A stretch of DNA of 64,000 nt, from the NCBI GenBank assembly GCA_041674225.1, contig JBAYWG010000001.1, positions 390,273 to 454,272 of the forward strand. The letters are read 5' to 3'. Shown piece by piece: positions 26,715 to 36,622 of this stretch. This stretch comes from Minisyncoccota bacterium. GTDB taxonomy: Bacteria; Patescibacteriota; Minisyncoccia; Phycocordibacterales; JAACPR01. The position numbers were made by a program, and so were the translations under genes. The notes below the pieces were generated by a model, which saw nothing but the letters and a program-made list of their open reading frames with translations, was not told the origin of the DNA and searched no databases. Positions within the stretch are counted from its first letter, which is position 1, and each line of letters starts with the position of its first letter.

Positions 26715-27854
26715 TTAAGCTTCTAATTTTTGTTCTGCTTCTTCTGGAACTTCTACTGAAGCAATATCAATTTTCCAACCTGTTAATTTTGCAGCAAGAC
26801 GAACGTTTTGACCACCTTTTCCAATCGCTAATGATTGTTGATCTGGTGCTACTAATACTTTCGCAATACGAGCTTCTTCTGTTTCAGTTGTTTGAATATC
26901 TAAAACATGAGCAGGAGAAAGCGCTTCCTCTACGAATTTTGCTGGATCTTCTGACCATTCGATAATATCGATTTTTTCTCCTCCAAGTTCAGACATAATT
27001 GTTGAAACTCGAACTCCTCTTTGTCCAACAAGTGCTCCAACTGGATCGATGTGATCATCATGAGAAATAACAGCAATCTTTGATCTAGAACCGGCTTCTC
27101 GGGCAATTGATTTAACCTCTACAATTCCTTGTGTTAATTCCGGAACTTCCGCATTGAATAATTCTTCCAAGAATTTTGGATGAGAACGAGAAAGTTTTAG
27201 AAAAACTCCTCTAGATGTTTCATCTACCTTGAAAAGATAAGCTCGAACTCTTTCTCCTTGCTTGAATCTTTCTCCTGGAATTTGTTCTTCGTATGATAAA
27301 AGTCCAACTGCTCTTCCCATATCAAGATATACAGAACCTCGTTCCATTCTCTCTACTGTTCCTGAAACGATTTCTCCTTCTTTTTGCCCAAATTCAGATA
27401 GAACTGATGTTTTCTCAGCTTCTCGAATTTTTTGCATTATTACTTGTTTTGCTGTTTGAGCAGCGATTCGTCCAAAATCATCTTTATTTTCTAATGGAAA
27501 AATTAGCTCGTCTCCAACTTTTGCTCCAGTTTTCATCAATTTAGCGTCTTCTAACAGAATGTGATGTTCTGAATTGAAATGAACTTTTGGTTCTTCACCT
27601 TCGATATTTTCAATAACCTCATTTTCATCCATTACGACACTGTCTTTATCAACCACGATTCTAACTTGGTTAAATTCAACAGCTCCTGAGTTTAAATCAA
27701 ATTTAGCTCGTACAATTTGACCTTTTTTCCCGTATTCCTTTCTGTAAGCATTTGCCAAGGCAAGCTCAATAGCATCAATCACGACTTCTCGTCCAATTCC
27801 TTTTTCTTCCTCTAACTGTGTCATCACAGCGTTTACTACCTTTAAATCGATCAT
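26715..27854 (-). CDS. nusA: Transcription factor NusA
   Basis: FGRIAAQTAKQ, S1 and KH domains, AIGKGGQNVRLA. Confidence 0.97.
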   Translation of the reverse strand: MIDLKVVNAVMTQLEEEKGIGREVVIDAIELALANAYRKEYGKKGQIVRAKFDLNSGAVEFNQVRIVVDKDSVVMDENEVIENIEGEEPKVHFNSEHHILLEDAKLMKTGAKVGDELIFPLENKDDFGRIAAQTAKQVIMQKIREAEKTSVLSEFGQKEGEIVSGTVERMERGSVYLDMGRAVGLLSYEEQIPGERFKQGERVRAYLFKVDETSRGVFLKLSRSHPKFLEELFNAEVPELTQGIVEVKSIAREAGSRSKIAVISHDDHIDPVGALVGQRGVRVSTIMSELGGEKIDIIEWSEDPAKFVEEALSPAHVLDIQTTETEEARIAKVLVAPDQQSLAIGKGGQNVRLAAKLTGWKIDIASVEVPEEAEQKLEA

Positions 27855-27983
27855 ATATTTAATTGTTTAGTTTTTTTAAAAAATTAAGCCCGCCGGGAGG
27901 CGAACTTGACCCTAAAAGTGTACCAGCTATTTTAAATTTGGTCAATGTGGCTATAAATCTGTATATATATAGAATAGATGCAT

Positions 27984-28505
27984 ATGAAAAAACCAAGCAT
28001 TTCAACAACAATCATTTTTATAATAATTTTATTAGCCGTAGTCGGTCTTATTTTTCTTAACAAACCAAAGCAAACAGAAGCTCCAACTGACAGTGCACCC
28101 GAAACTCAAAATACTGCTGCTTCTACTACTTCAACAACAAATACTCAGGTAAATACTGCAACAAATCCAGACACTCCGGTTTCTTCACAACCAACAACTC
28201 CTGGAACACAAGTTATCTACGGCGATGGTGTTGTTACAACTATTACTCAAACAGGAGGACCAACAGGTGAAGCTCCAATAATTGAAAGTTTTGTTTTGGA
28301 TAATCCTGGTTCAGCAGTTTGTAGATTTAGTTGGGATGTGCGAAAAGCGAAGACTTGTAATTTTGTAAATGTTTCTACAAAGATGCAGGTGGATGCAGTA
28401 AATGACGAAGGAATAATTCAGACTAGTGAAAAGGGAGATTACCAATTGAAATGCTATGGTGACGGTGGAAAAATTACAACTTCATCAGTTGTGAGTTGTA
28501 AATAA
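27984..28505 (+). CDS. Membrane-anchored Thr/Pro-rich surface protein
   Basis: N-terminal TM, Thr-rich stalk, Cys-containing beta domain. Confidence 0.7.
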   Translation: MKKPSISTTIIFIIILLAVVGLIFLNKPKQTEAPTDSAPETQNTAASTTSTTNTQVNTATNPDTPVSSQPTTPGTQVIYGDGVVTTITQTGGPTGEAPIIESFVLDNPGSAVCRFSWDVRKAKTCNFVNVSTKMQVDAVNDEGIIQTSEKGDYQLKCYGDGGKITTSSVVSCK

Positions 28506-28600
28506 TATTTAAATTAAAATTTAAAAAAGAAAAATCACGCAATCGACTGCGTGATTTTTCTTTTTTATTTTGTTAAAACGCTTTATAATGAAAGCAACTT

Positions 28601-30343
28601 ATGTACATCGAGGAAAACAAACTAAAAAGTTTTATGATCGATTCTGGATTAGTTTCAGAAACCGATATTATTAATGCAGAAAAATCTATTGCAAATAATC
28701 CAAATCAATCTGTTGGAGATTTTTTAATCAGTGAAGGAAAAATTAGTGATGACGATTTAAAAAGAGTCCAAGCATATCTTGTTGGAATTCCTTTTATTGA
28801 TATTTCTGCACAAAAAATTCCTTTTGAAATTCTTTCTATTATTCCAGAACCGATTGCGAGAAATAGAAACATTATTGCTTACGGGAAAGACGAGAATCGT
28901 TTAGAGGTTGCAATGCTTGATACAGATGATCTTTCTTCTTTGGATTTTATAAAAAAGAAAACAGGTTTTACAATTCTTCCTCGACTTACTTCTTCTTCTT
29001 CTATAAAAAAAGCGCTAGTTCAATATCAAAAAAGCTTGAAAGCCGATTTTGGAGATTTGATTAAAAAAGATACAGACGCAATGAAGACTGTGAAAGAGGG
29101 AGAGGAAAATGAAAAAAATCTTTTAGAAGTGGCGCAAGATTTGCCTGTGGTGCGTATTGTGGATACTCTTTTGAAACATGCGATTTTACAAAACGCTTCT
29201 GATATTCATATTGAGCCACAAGAAAATGAATTGCTTGTGCGATATCGTGTGGACGGAATACTTTTTGAAGCGATGACCCTTCCAAAACAAAGTGGACTTT
29301 CTATTGTTGCGAGAATAAAAGTTTTGGCGAGTTTGAAAATTGATGAAAAAAGATTGCCACAAGATGGGCGTTTCAAGATTGATTTAGATGGAGAAAAAGT
29401 TTCTTTCCGTGTTTCTATTTTGCCAACATATTATGGAGAGAAAACTGTTATGCGTATTTTGCGCGAGGGTGGTGGTGGATATACTCTGGAATCACTTGGA
29501 TTTCATGGAGAAGGTCTGGAAAAAATCTATGAAGCTACAAAACAAACTACCGGAATGATTCTAACCACTGGACCGACTGGTTCTGGAAAATCTACAACGC
29601 TCTATACTCTGCTTGATATTTTGAATACTCCGGATGTAAATATTTCTACAATCGAAGATCCTGTGGAATATCAAATGAAACGCGTTAATCAAACTCAGGT
29701 GAAACCAGAGATTGGTTTTAGTTTTGCTGAAGGTTTGAGGAGTTTGGTGCGACAAGATCCCGACATTATCATGGTGGGAGAAATTCGAGATGGGGACACT
29801 GCCGGGCTTGCTATCAACGCTGCTCTTACAGGACACTTGGTGCTTTCAACTTTGCACACCAACTCTGCGGCTGGAACCGTGCCTAGACTTTTGGACATGG
29901 GTGCAGAATCTTTTCTTTTGGTATCTACGCTTCGCGTGATTATTGCGCAAAGACTTGTTCGAAAACTTGGAAAAAATAAAGAAAAATATTTTTTGTCGGC
30001 AGCTGGACTGAAGTCACTAGCGAAATCAGTTAACTTGGATAATGTTCTGAAAGTTTTAATTGATGAAAAAATCGTTGAACCAAAGGCTACTTGGGATAAA
30101 ATTCCGTTTTATAAAGCAAAAGTTAATGGAGATGATGATGGTTTTTCTGGACGAATTGGAATTCATGAAATTTTAAAAACTTCGCCTACGATTCAGGAAA
30201 TGATTATTGCGGGAAAAACTGCTGAAGATATAGAGGAGCAAGCAAAAAAAGAGGGAATGATGACTATGCTTGAAGACGGAATTTATAAAGCTGTGCGAGG
30301 TGTGACAACTATCGAAGAAGTGTTGAGAGTTATTTCTGAATAA
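28601..30343 (+). CDS. pilB: Type IV pilus assembly ATPase (PilB/GspE)
   Basis: ASDIHIEP, PQDGR, GPTGSGKST, RQDPDIIMVGEIRD, TGHLVLSTLH. Confidence 0.93.
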   Translation: MYIEENKLKSFMIDSGLVSETDIINAEKSIANNPNQSVGDFLISEGKISDDDLKRVQAYLVGIPFIDISAQKIPFEILSIIPEPIARNRNIIAYGKDENRLEVAMLDTDDLSSLDFIKKKTGFTILPRLTSSSSIKKALVQYQKSLKADFGDLIKKDTDAMKTVKEGEENEKNLLEVAQDLPVVRIVDTLLKHAILQNASDIHIEPQENELLVRYRVDGILFEAMTLPKQSGLSIVARIKVLASLKIDEKRLPQDGRFKIDLDGEKVSFRVSILPTYYGEKTVMRILREGGGGYTLESLGFHGEGLEKIYEATKQTTGMILTTGPTGSGKSTTLYTLLDILNTPDVNISTIEDPVEYQMKRVNQTQVKPEIGFSFAEGLRSLVRQDPDIIMVGEIRDGDTAGLAINAALTGHLVLSTLHTNSAAGTVPRLLDMGAESFLLVSTLRVIIAQRLVRKLGKNKEKYFLSAAGLKSLAKSVNLDNVLKVLIDEKIVEPKATWDKIPFYKAKVNGDDDGFSGRIGIHEILKTSPTIQEMIIAGKTAEDIEEQAKKEGMMTMLEDGIYKAVRGVTTIEEVLRVISE

Positions 30344-30345
30344 TT

Positions 30346-31560
30346 ATGAAATTTAAATATAAAGCACAAAACACAGCCGGAAATTATGTAGAAGATGTTG
30401 CAGATGCAAAAGACAGTTTTGATTTAGCGAGAATTTTGAAAGAAAAAGATTTAAATATGATTTCTGCAAAGCCAGTGAACGGTGGAAAGTTTTCTCAAAT
30501 AATTCAATCAATCACAAATTTTGGAACAGTTTCTACAAATGAAAAAATTCTTTTTGGAAAAAATCTTTCTTCAATGCTTGAAGCGGGTCTGCCACTTTCG
30601 CGCGCTATCGAAGTAATGGGAAGACAAAGTCGAAACAAAAAATTTAAGTTTGTGATGAACAGTATTAATGATTCTATTAAAAGCGGAGATTCTTTGTCGG
30701 GTGCACTATCAAAATTTCCTCATATTTTTCCAAGTCTTTTTATTTCAATGGTGCGAGCGGGAGAAGAATCTGGTGATTTGGTTGGATCTTTGGGAATCGT
30801 TTCTACCCAAATGGAAAAAACTCACGAACTGAAAAAGAAAATTCAAGGAGCGATGATTTATCCAGGAGTGATTATCACAGCGATGGCAGGTATTGGTATT
30901 TTTATGTTAATTTTTATCGTGCCAACTTTGACAAAAACTTTCGTTGAACTGAATGTCGAACTTCCAAAATCTACGCAGTTCATTATTAGTATTTCTGACG
31001 CTTTTAAAAACAATACTATTATTTTGCTTGGAGCTTTAGCTTTTGTAATCGGTTTGATTTTTATGGGTTTCAAAACTTCAACAGGGAGAAGAATTATGGA
31101 TTGGACTCTTTTGCATATGCCTTTGGTTTCTAGATTGGTAAAAGAAACAAATTCTGCGAGAACTACTCGGACACTGTCTGCGTTGATAATTTCTGGAGTG
31201 CCTTATCTAACTGCTGTAGATATTACGACTGGTGTGATGCAAAATTCTTATTACAAAGCAGTGCTAAAAAAAGCTGGAAAAAATGTTGAGCTTGGTTTGC
31301 CTGTGGCAAAAATCTTTGAAGAAAATCAAAAGTTGTATCCTGTGTTTGTGTCAGAGATGATTGCGGTAGGAGAGGAGACTGGTGAACTTGGAAACATGCT
31401 TATGAAAGTGGCTGTGTATTATGAAAACGAAGTTGAACAAAAAACAAAAAACATGTCGACAATTGTGGAACCATTTTTGATGATCGTAGTTGGAGCCGCT
31501 GTGGGATTTTTCGCACTTTCGATGATCAGTCCGATGTATTCATTGGTAGAGAATATATAA
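30346..31560 (+). CDS. pilC: Type IV pilus inner-membrane platform protein (PilC/GspF)
   Basis: AGLPL, AGEESG, AMIYP, VGEETG, VEP motifs. Confidence 0.93.
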   Translation: MKFKYKAQNTAGNYVEDVADAKDSFDLARILKEKDLNMISAKPVNGGKFSQIIQSITNFGTVSTNEKILFGKNLSSMLEAGLPLSRAIEVMGRQSRNKKFKFVMNSINDSIKSGDSLSGALSKFPHIFPSLFISMVRAGEESGDLVGSLGIVSTQMEKTHELKKKIQGAMIYPGVIITAMAGIGIFMLIFIVPTLTKTFVELNVELPKSTQFIISISDAFKNNTIILLGALAFVIGLIFMGFKTSTGRRIMDWTLLHMPLVSRLVKETNSARTTRTLSALIISGVPYLTAVDITTGVMQNSYYKAVLKKAGKNVELGLPVAKIFEENQKLYPVFVSEMIAVGEETGELGNMLMKVAVYYENEVEQKTKNMSTIVEPFLMIVVGAAVGFFALSMISPMYSLVENI

Positions 31561-31603
31561 AACAGCCACCCTGTGTTGGGTGGCTGTGTTTGGAGATTGA
31601 GGT

Positions 31604-32056
31604 TCAATCTCCTTGGTCCGTTTGGTTTCCTGGAGGTTTCTCTTTCTCATCGTTGGCAAAATAAGTTTGCCAATTTTTCTCATTCTTGCTCGCGACCGCG
31701 ACCTTTTTGAAGACCCTGTTGATCTCACCATTTTCGTAGACATTGTCCACGTATCTGGCTCCGATGAAGATAGGATCACCTTTCCTTCCAATGCCTTCCA
31801 TTGTGAATGGCTTGTCGAGCACGGGGTAGTAGCTTAGCACCGCTCCTTTTTCCGAGACCAGACTCACCGTTCCGTCTCGATGAATTTCCTGAATAGCGAG
31901 GCCGTCACCGTTGAGAAGGATGCAACCTTCGCGACTGTCTACCACTTTGAGTGGTTGGGGTTGTTCGCAGCCGGTAAGGGCGACGAGGGTGAAAATGAAT
32001 GCTGCCAACATTGATTTTAGAGTGGCAACTTCTCCTCTTTTGGTTCTATTTTTCAT
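31604..32056 (-). CDS. Hypothetical lipoprotein
   Basis: Lipobox LTGC after a hydrophobic segment; higher GC than neighbours. Confidence 0.65.
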   Translation of the reverse strand: MKNRTKRGEVATLKSMLAAFIFTLVALTGCEQPQPLKVVDSREGCILLNGDGLAIQEIHRDGTVSLVSEKGAVLSYYPVLDKPFTMEGIGRKGDPIFIGARYVDNVYENGEINRVFKKVAVASKNEKNWQTYFANDEKEKPPGNQTDQGD

Positions 32057-32142
32057 TGGTACAGATTTTTATGGAGTTTATAACACATTATTTTGGTTGT
32101 CAAAGACTTAAGATAAAGAATAATTTAGGTTAAAATTGTGAA

Positions 32143-32751
32143 ATGACTAAAGAAAATCCTAAATTTGAGGAGATGAAGAAGATTCGTGATGAAATCATGG
32201 AGTTGAAAGAATCTCCTCTATATATAGAGAGGGTGGAGAACGGGTATTTTCCTGTGATTGGGGCCGGAAGCCATGACGCGAATATCATGTTTATTGGTGA
32301 GGCACCTGGAAAAAACGAGGCGAAGACCGGACGGCCTTTTTGCGGGGCTTCCGGCCGTATCCTCGATGAACTTCTTCAAACTATCAAAACAAAAAGAGAT
32401 GACGTTTATATAACTAATATTGTAAAAGACCGACCAACAGGCAATCGCGATCCACGTCCAGAAGAAATAGAAATTTACTCTCCATTTCTCGACAGACAAA
32501 TTGAAACCATTCAGCCAAAAGTCATTGCAACACTCGGAAGATTTTCTATGCAATACATTATGAAAAAATTTGGTTTAGAGAAAGATCTAGATATTATTTC
32601 AAAAAATCACGGAAAAATTTTTGAAGCAAAAGCATCTTACGGAAAAATAAAAATCATTCCACTTTATCATCCTGCTGTCGCAATTTATTCTCGTACACAG
32701 TTACCACAATTAAAACAAGACTTCGAGCTTTTGAAAGAGTACAATAGTTAG
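32143..32751 (+). CDS. Uracil-DNA glycosylase family 4
   Basis: IGEAPG..E..GRPF, TNIVK.RP..NRDP, LYHPA. Confidence 0.93.
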   Translation: MTKENPKFEEMKKIRDEIMELKESPLYIERVENGYFPVIGAGSHDANIMFIGEAPGKNEAKTGRPFCGASGRILDELLQTIKTKRDDVYITNIVKDRPTGNRDPRPEEIEIYSPFLDRQIETIQPKVIATLGRFSMQYIMKKFGLEKDLDIISKNHGKIFEAKASYGKIKIIPLYHPAVAIYSRTQLPQLKQDFELLKEYNS

Positions 32752-32753
32752 TA

Positions 32754-34553
32754 ATGAATAGAGGTTTTACACTTATCGAAACTGTAATCGGCGTTGCGAT
32801 TTTTGCAATGATAGCTACATCTGCATGGATGGGGCTTGTAAAAATTTTTGATGCTGTCGCAATTCTTCGAACAAAAACTATTGCAGTAAACTTGGCGACA
32901 GAACAAATTGAAATTATTAGAAATCTTCCTTATTCAAAAGTTGGAATTCAAAACGGACTCCCTGCAGGAGATGTTCCTTATGAACAAATATTAGAAAGAG
33001 ACGGAAAAAGTTTTCTTGTGAGAACTGCAATCAGAAATATTGATTTAGCATTTGATGGATTAATTGGTGGTACTCCAAACGATTTATCTCCAGCAGATAA
33101 TAAATTAGTCGAAGTGGAAGTTTCTTGTTCAAATTGTGCAAAACAAATTGACCCAATTGTTTTTAGTACGAGAATCGCTCCAATGGCTTTAGAGACAACT
33201 GGAAATAACGGCGCATTATTTATTTCTGTCTTTGATTCCAACGGGCAACCAGTGTCCGGTGCAAATGTTTCTGTGGAATTTAATGCCACAACAACTCCAG
33301 TAATTATAAATGACATGACGAATGCTTCAGGTCTTCTACAAATTATTGATGCTCCTCCAGGGGTAGAGGCTTATGAAATTTTGGTCACAAAAGCCGGGTA
33401 TTCTTCAGAAAGAACTTATGCAACTGGTGAAGTTTCAAATCCTTCGCCAAATAAATTGCATGCGAATGTGGTTTCAGGACAAGTTACTCAAATTAGTTTT
33501 TCGATTGATAGACTTTCTGTTCTGACTGTAAACACTAGAACTGTTGCTTGCTCTCCAATTTCAAGTGTCGATTTCAATATTGAAAGTTCAAAAATGATTG
33601 GTGTGAACACTCCTAAATATGATGTGGATCATGTAACAAATGTTTCAGGACAGAAAATTATCAGTAGTTTAGAGTGGGATACGTATAATTTAACTTTGTT
33701 GGAATCAGGGAAACATTTGATTGGTGCAAATCCTAGCCTTCCCTTTGATGTTTTTGCTGGTACTGAACAAACTTTAGATTTAATTTTGGGATCATCAGAT
33801 CCAAACGCTGTGCTCGTGACTGTGGTGGATGGAGCAAATCAACAATTACTTTCTGATGCAATAGTAAAATTCACTCAAGGTTCTGTGATGAAAACTGCAA
33901 CAACTGGTAGTGGTTATCTTGAGCAAACAGATTGGTCTGGAGGTCAGGGACAAATCAATTTTATAAATGAATCACAATATTTGACACAAGATGGGGGAAT
34001 AGAAACAAACAGTCCAGATGGAGAATTAAAGTTAGATTATTTTGCGGGCAATTATTCGAACAGTGGTTTATTAGAATCTTCTGTTTTTGATATTGGTACC
34101 ACTACAAATTTCTTGACACTTTCTTGGACGCCATCTGATCAGCCTCAGTTTTCAGGATTAAATTCTGCAAAATTTCAAATCGCTACAAATGAAACTTTAG
34201 AAGACACGCCCGAGGTTCCTTTGGTTTGGGATTTTAGAGGTCCAAGTGGTAGTAGTGGAACTTATTATGATACTCCGGGGCAAGCCATTGCGAGCCTGCA
34301 CGACGGCGACAGATATTTGAAATATAAATTATTTTTATCTACTGGAGATTCTTCTGTAACACCAAATATCTCTGATGTGCGTTTTAGTTTTGCTACCGAC
34401 TGTACTCCTGTGGGACAGGCCTATGTTGGTGGGTTAAATAACTCTTCTTATAATTTGGAAATTTCAAAACCAGGTTATGAGACGATAAATTATTCTGGAC
34501 TTCTTTTCAATCAACCTTGGCAAACTGTTAAAATAACTTTGAATCCATTATAA
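32754..34553 (+). CDS. Large prepilin-type protein with beta-sandwich domains
   Basis: N-terminal GFTLIE methylation motif. Confidence 0.85.
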   Translation: MNRGFTLIETVIGVAIFAMIATSAWMGLVKIFDAVAILRTKTIAVNLATEQIEIIRNLPYSKVGIQNGLPAGDVPYEQILERDGKSFLVRTAIRNIDLAFDGLIGGTPNDLSPADNKLVEVEVSCSNCAKQIDPIVFSTRIAPMALETTGNNGALFISVFDSNGQPVSGANVSVEFNATTTPVIINDMTNASGLLQIIDAPPGVEAYEILVTKAGYSSERTYATGEVSNPSPNKLHANVVSGQVTQISFSIDRLSVLTVNTRTVACSPISSVDFNIESSKMIGVNTPKYDVDHVTNVSGQKIISSLEWDTYNLTLLESGKHLIGANPSLPFDVFAGTEQTLDLILGSSDPNAVLVTVVDGANQQLLSDAIVKFTQGSVMKTATTGSGYLEQTDWSGGQGQINFINESQYLTQDGGIETNSPDGELKLDYFAGNYSNSGLLESSVFDIGTTTNFLTLSWTPSDQPQFSGLNSAKFQIATNETLEDTPEVPLVWDFRGPSGSSGTYYDTPGQAIASLHDGDRYLKYKLFLSTGDSSVTPNISDVRFSFATDCTPVGQAYVGGLNNSSYNLEISKPGYETINYSGLLFNQPWQTVKITLNPL

Positions 34554-34555
34554 AT

Positions 34556-35161
34556 ATGAAAAAAGGTTTCACTTTAATTGAATCAGTAATTGCAGTAGCC
34601 ATATTTAGCTCGGTTGTTGTTGCCATTGGAGCTTTTCAAAGAGATGTTTTTTTCTTTAATGATATTTTACAAACAGGATTAAACAATATTACAGAAGCCA
34701 GAAAAGTTTTGAGACCATTTGTTGGGGAAGTGCGTGGAGCACAACCTTCAAATCTTGGTGCTTCAGCTGTGCAAAATGCAGAAGAAAAATCTTTTATATT
34801 TTTTACAGACTTAAATGCAGATGGATTAAAAGAAAGAGTGCGATATTTTGTTGATGGAGATACTTTTAAAAAGGGTGTTATCGAGCCAATTGGTAATCCA
34901 TTTGTATATGATCAAAATAATGAAAAAATAACTAATGTGGTAAATGATGTTGTAAATGTAGACACGAAATTTTATTACTATGGTTCAAATTATAATGGTA
35001 CAGAAGAAACACCACCGCTAGCCTTCCCCGTGTCTCCTTCGGAAGTTCGTTTGGTAAAAGTTGATTTAACCATTGATACAAATCCGAATCGTGCTCCTGG
35101 TAGAATGACTATCACAACACAAGCAACAATTAGAAATTTGAAAGACAATTATGAAGACTAA
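34556..35161 (+). CDS. Prepilin-type minor pilin (PilW-like)
   Basis: KKGFTLIES motif. Confidence 0.88.
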   Translation: MKKGFTLIESVIAVAIFSSVVVAIGAFQRDVFFFNDILQTGLNNITEARKVLRPFVGEVRGAQPSNLGASAVQNAEEKSFIFFTDLNADGLKERVRYFVDGDTFKKGVIEPIGNPFVYDQNNEKITNVVNDVVNVDTKFYYYGSNYNGTEETPPLAFPVSPSEVRLVKVDLTIDTNPNRAPGRMTITTQATIRNLKDNYED

Positions 35162-36596
35162 TAATTTAAAAAATAATAGTGGAATAATTCTTTTGAATAC
35201 TTTAGTTTTTGGAATGGTTGCCGTGATGTTAATTGTTGCACTCTCTAGCTGGTTTACTGTGACTTATCGAGGCTCAAGAAAAGTTATTGATGAAGAGCAA
35301 GCCTTTCATATTGCTGAAGCAGGAATTGAATATTACAGATGGCATTTAGCTCACGCACCACAAGATTTTACTGACGGAAATGCTGCGAATGTTGCTCAGC
35401 CTTATAAGCATGATTTTTTTGATAAAAATGATGAAAAAATTGGTGAGTTTGAATTAACTATTATAGCTCCAGAAAGTGGTTCGACTTTGGTGACTGTTGA
35501 GTCAAAAGGAATCTTGGATGCATCAGGAGTTTCAAAAACTATTAGAGCAGAATTCGCAAAACCTACATTTGCAAAATATGCTTTTATTTCAAATGAAAAT
35601 ATTCGTCTTGGCGAAGGTACAGAAGTTTTTGGGTTGATTCATTCAAACGAAGGTGTTCGTTTTGAGGGAGTTGCTCATAATTTGGTGACGAGCGCCCAGA
35701 CTACTTATGATGATCCAGATCATGGAGGAGCAAAAGAATGGGGAGTTCATACTCATGTGGATCCTGTTGATCCAATGCCGAATACTCCTTTGCCAAATAG
35801 ATTTGATATTTTTCAATCTGGGCGCGAGGTGGGTGTGCCAGCAATAGATTTTGATGGACTTACTGCCACAATGGCCGATTTAAAATCAAAGGCGCAGGCA
35901 GATGGCAGATATCATGGAAGCTCTGGAAAGAGTGGATATAATTTAGTTTTAAAAACTAATGGAACTTATCAATTATACAAAGTGAATTCTTTGATTAATC
36001 CCTCTAACTCTTGCAATAACGCTCTTGGTCAGCCTGATTGGGGAAGTTGGAGTATAAATAAACGATCTTTGGTTGGTACATATCAAATGCCGGATAACGG
36101 TGTAATTTTCCTTGAAGATCATGTTTGGGTTGAAGGACAAATAGATGAAGAAAGATTGACTATCGTGGCAGCACGATTTCCAGAGGCTCCTGGGCAATAC
36201 AGAAATATTATTATCAACAAAGATATTTTGTATTCAAACATGGATGGGCAAGATGTTTTGGGTTTGATTGCGCAGGGAGATATTAATATTGGAATGTATA
36301 GTGATGATGTTTTAGATATTCATGCAGCGATGATCGCAAAGAATGGAAGAATTGGAAGATATTATTACCGACCACCTTCAAATAATAATGGATGCTCTCC
36401 TTATCATACGAGAAACACAATTAATGTTTATGGAATGATTGGCACAAACGGTAGATATGGTTTCGCTTACACAGATGATACTGGTTATATAAACAGAAAT
36501 GTGACTTACGACGCAAATCTTCTTTATAATTCTCCGCCAGAGTTTCCACTTACTGCAGATCAATACGAAATAATTTCTTGGGAAGAATTGGATTAG
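35151..36596 (+). CDS. PilX-like minor pilin
   Basis: G-II hydrophobic N-terminus lacking E5; QAFHIAEAGIEY. Confidence 0.82.
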   Translation: MKTNNLKNNSGIILLNTLVFGMVAVMLIVALSSWFTVTYRGSRKVIDEEQAFHIAEAGIEYYRWHLAHAPQDFTDGNAANVAQPYKHDFFDKNDEKIGEFELTIIAPESGSTLVTVESKGILDASGVSKTIRAEFAKPTFAKYAFISNENIRLGEGTEVFGLIHSNEGVRFEGVAHNLVTSAQTTYDDPDHGGAKEWGVHTHVDPVDPMPNTPLPNRFDIFQSGREVGVPAIDFDGLTATMADLKSKAQADGRYHGSSGKSGYNLVLKTNGTYQLYKVNSLINPSNSCNNALGQPDWGSWSINKRSLVGTYQMPDNGVIFLEDHVWVEGQIDEERLTIVAARFPEAPGQYRNIIINKDILYSNMDGQDVLGLIAQGDINIGMYSDDVLDIHAAMIAKNGRIGRYYYRPPSNNNGCSPYHTRNTINVYGMIGTNGRYGFAYTDDTGYINRNVTYDANLLYNSPPEFPLTADQYEIISWEELD

Positions 36597-36622
36597 TTGA
36601 AAATTGATATATAATATTTTTA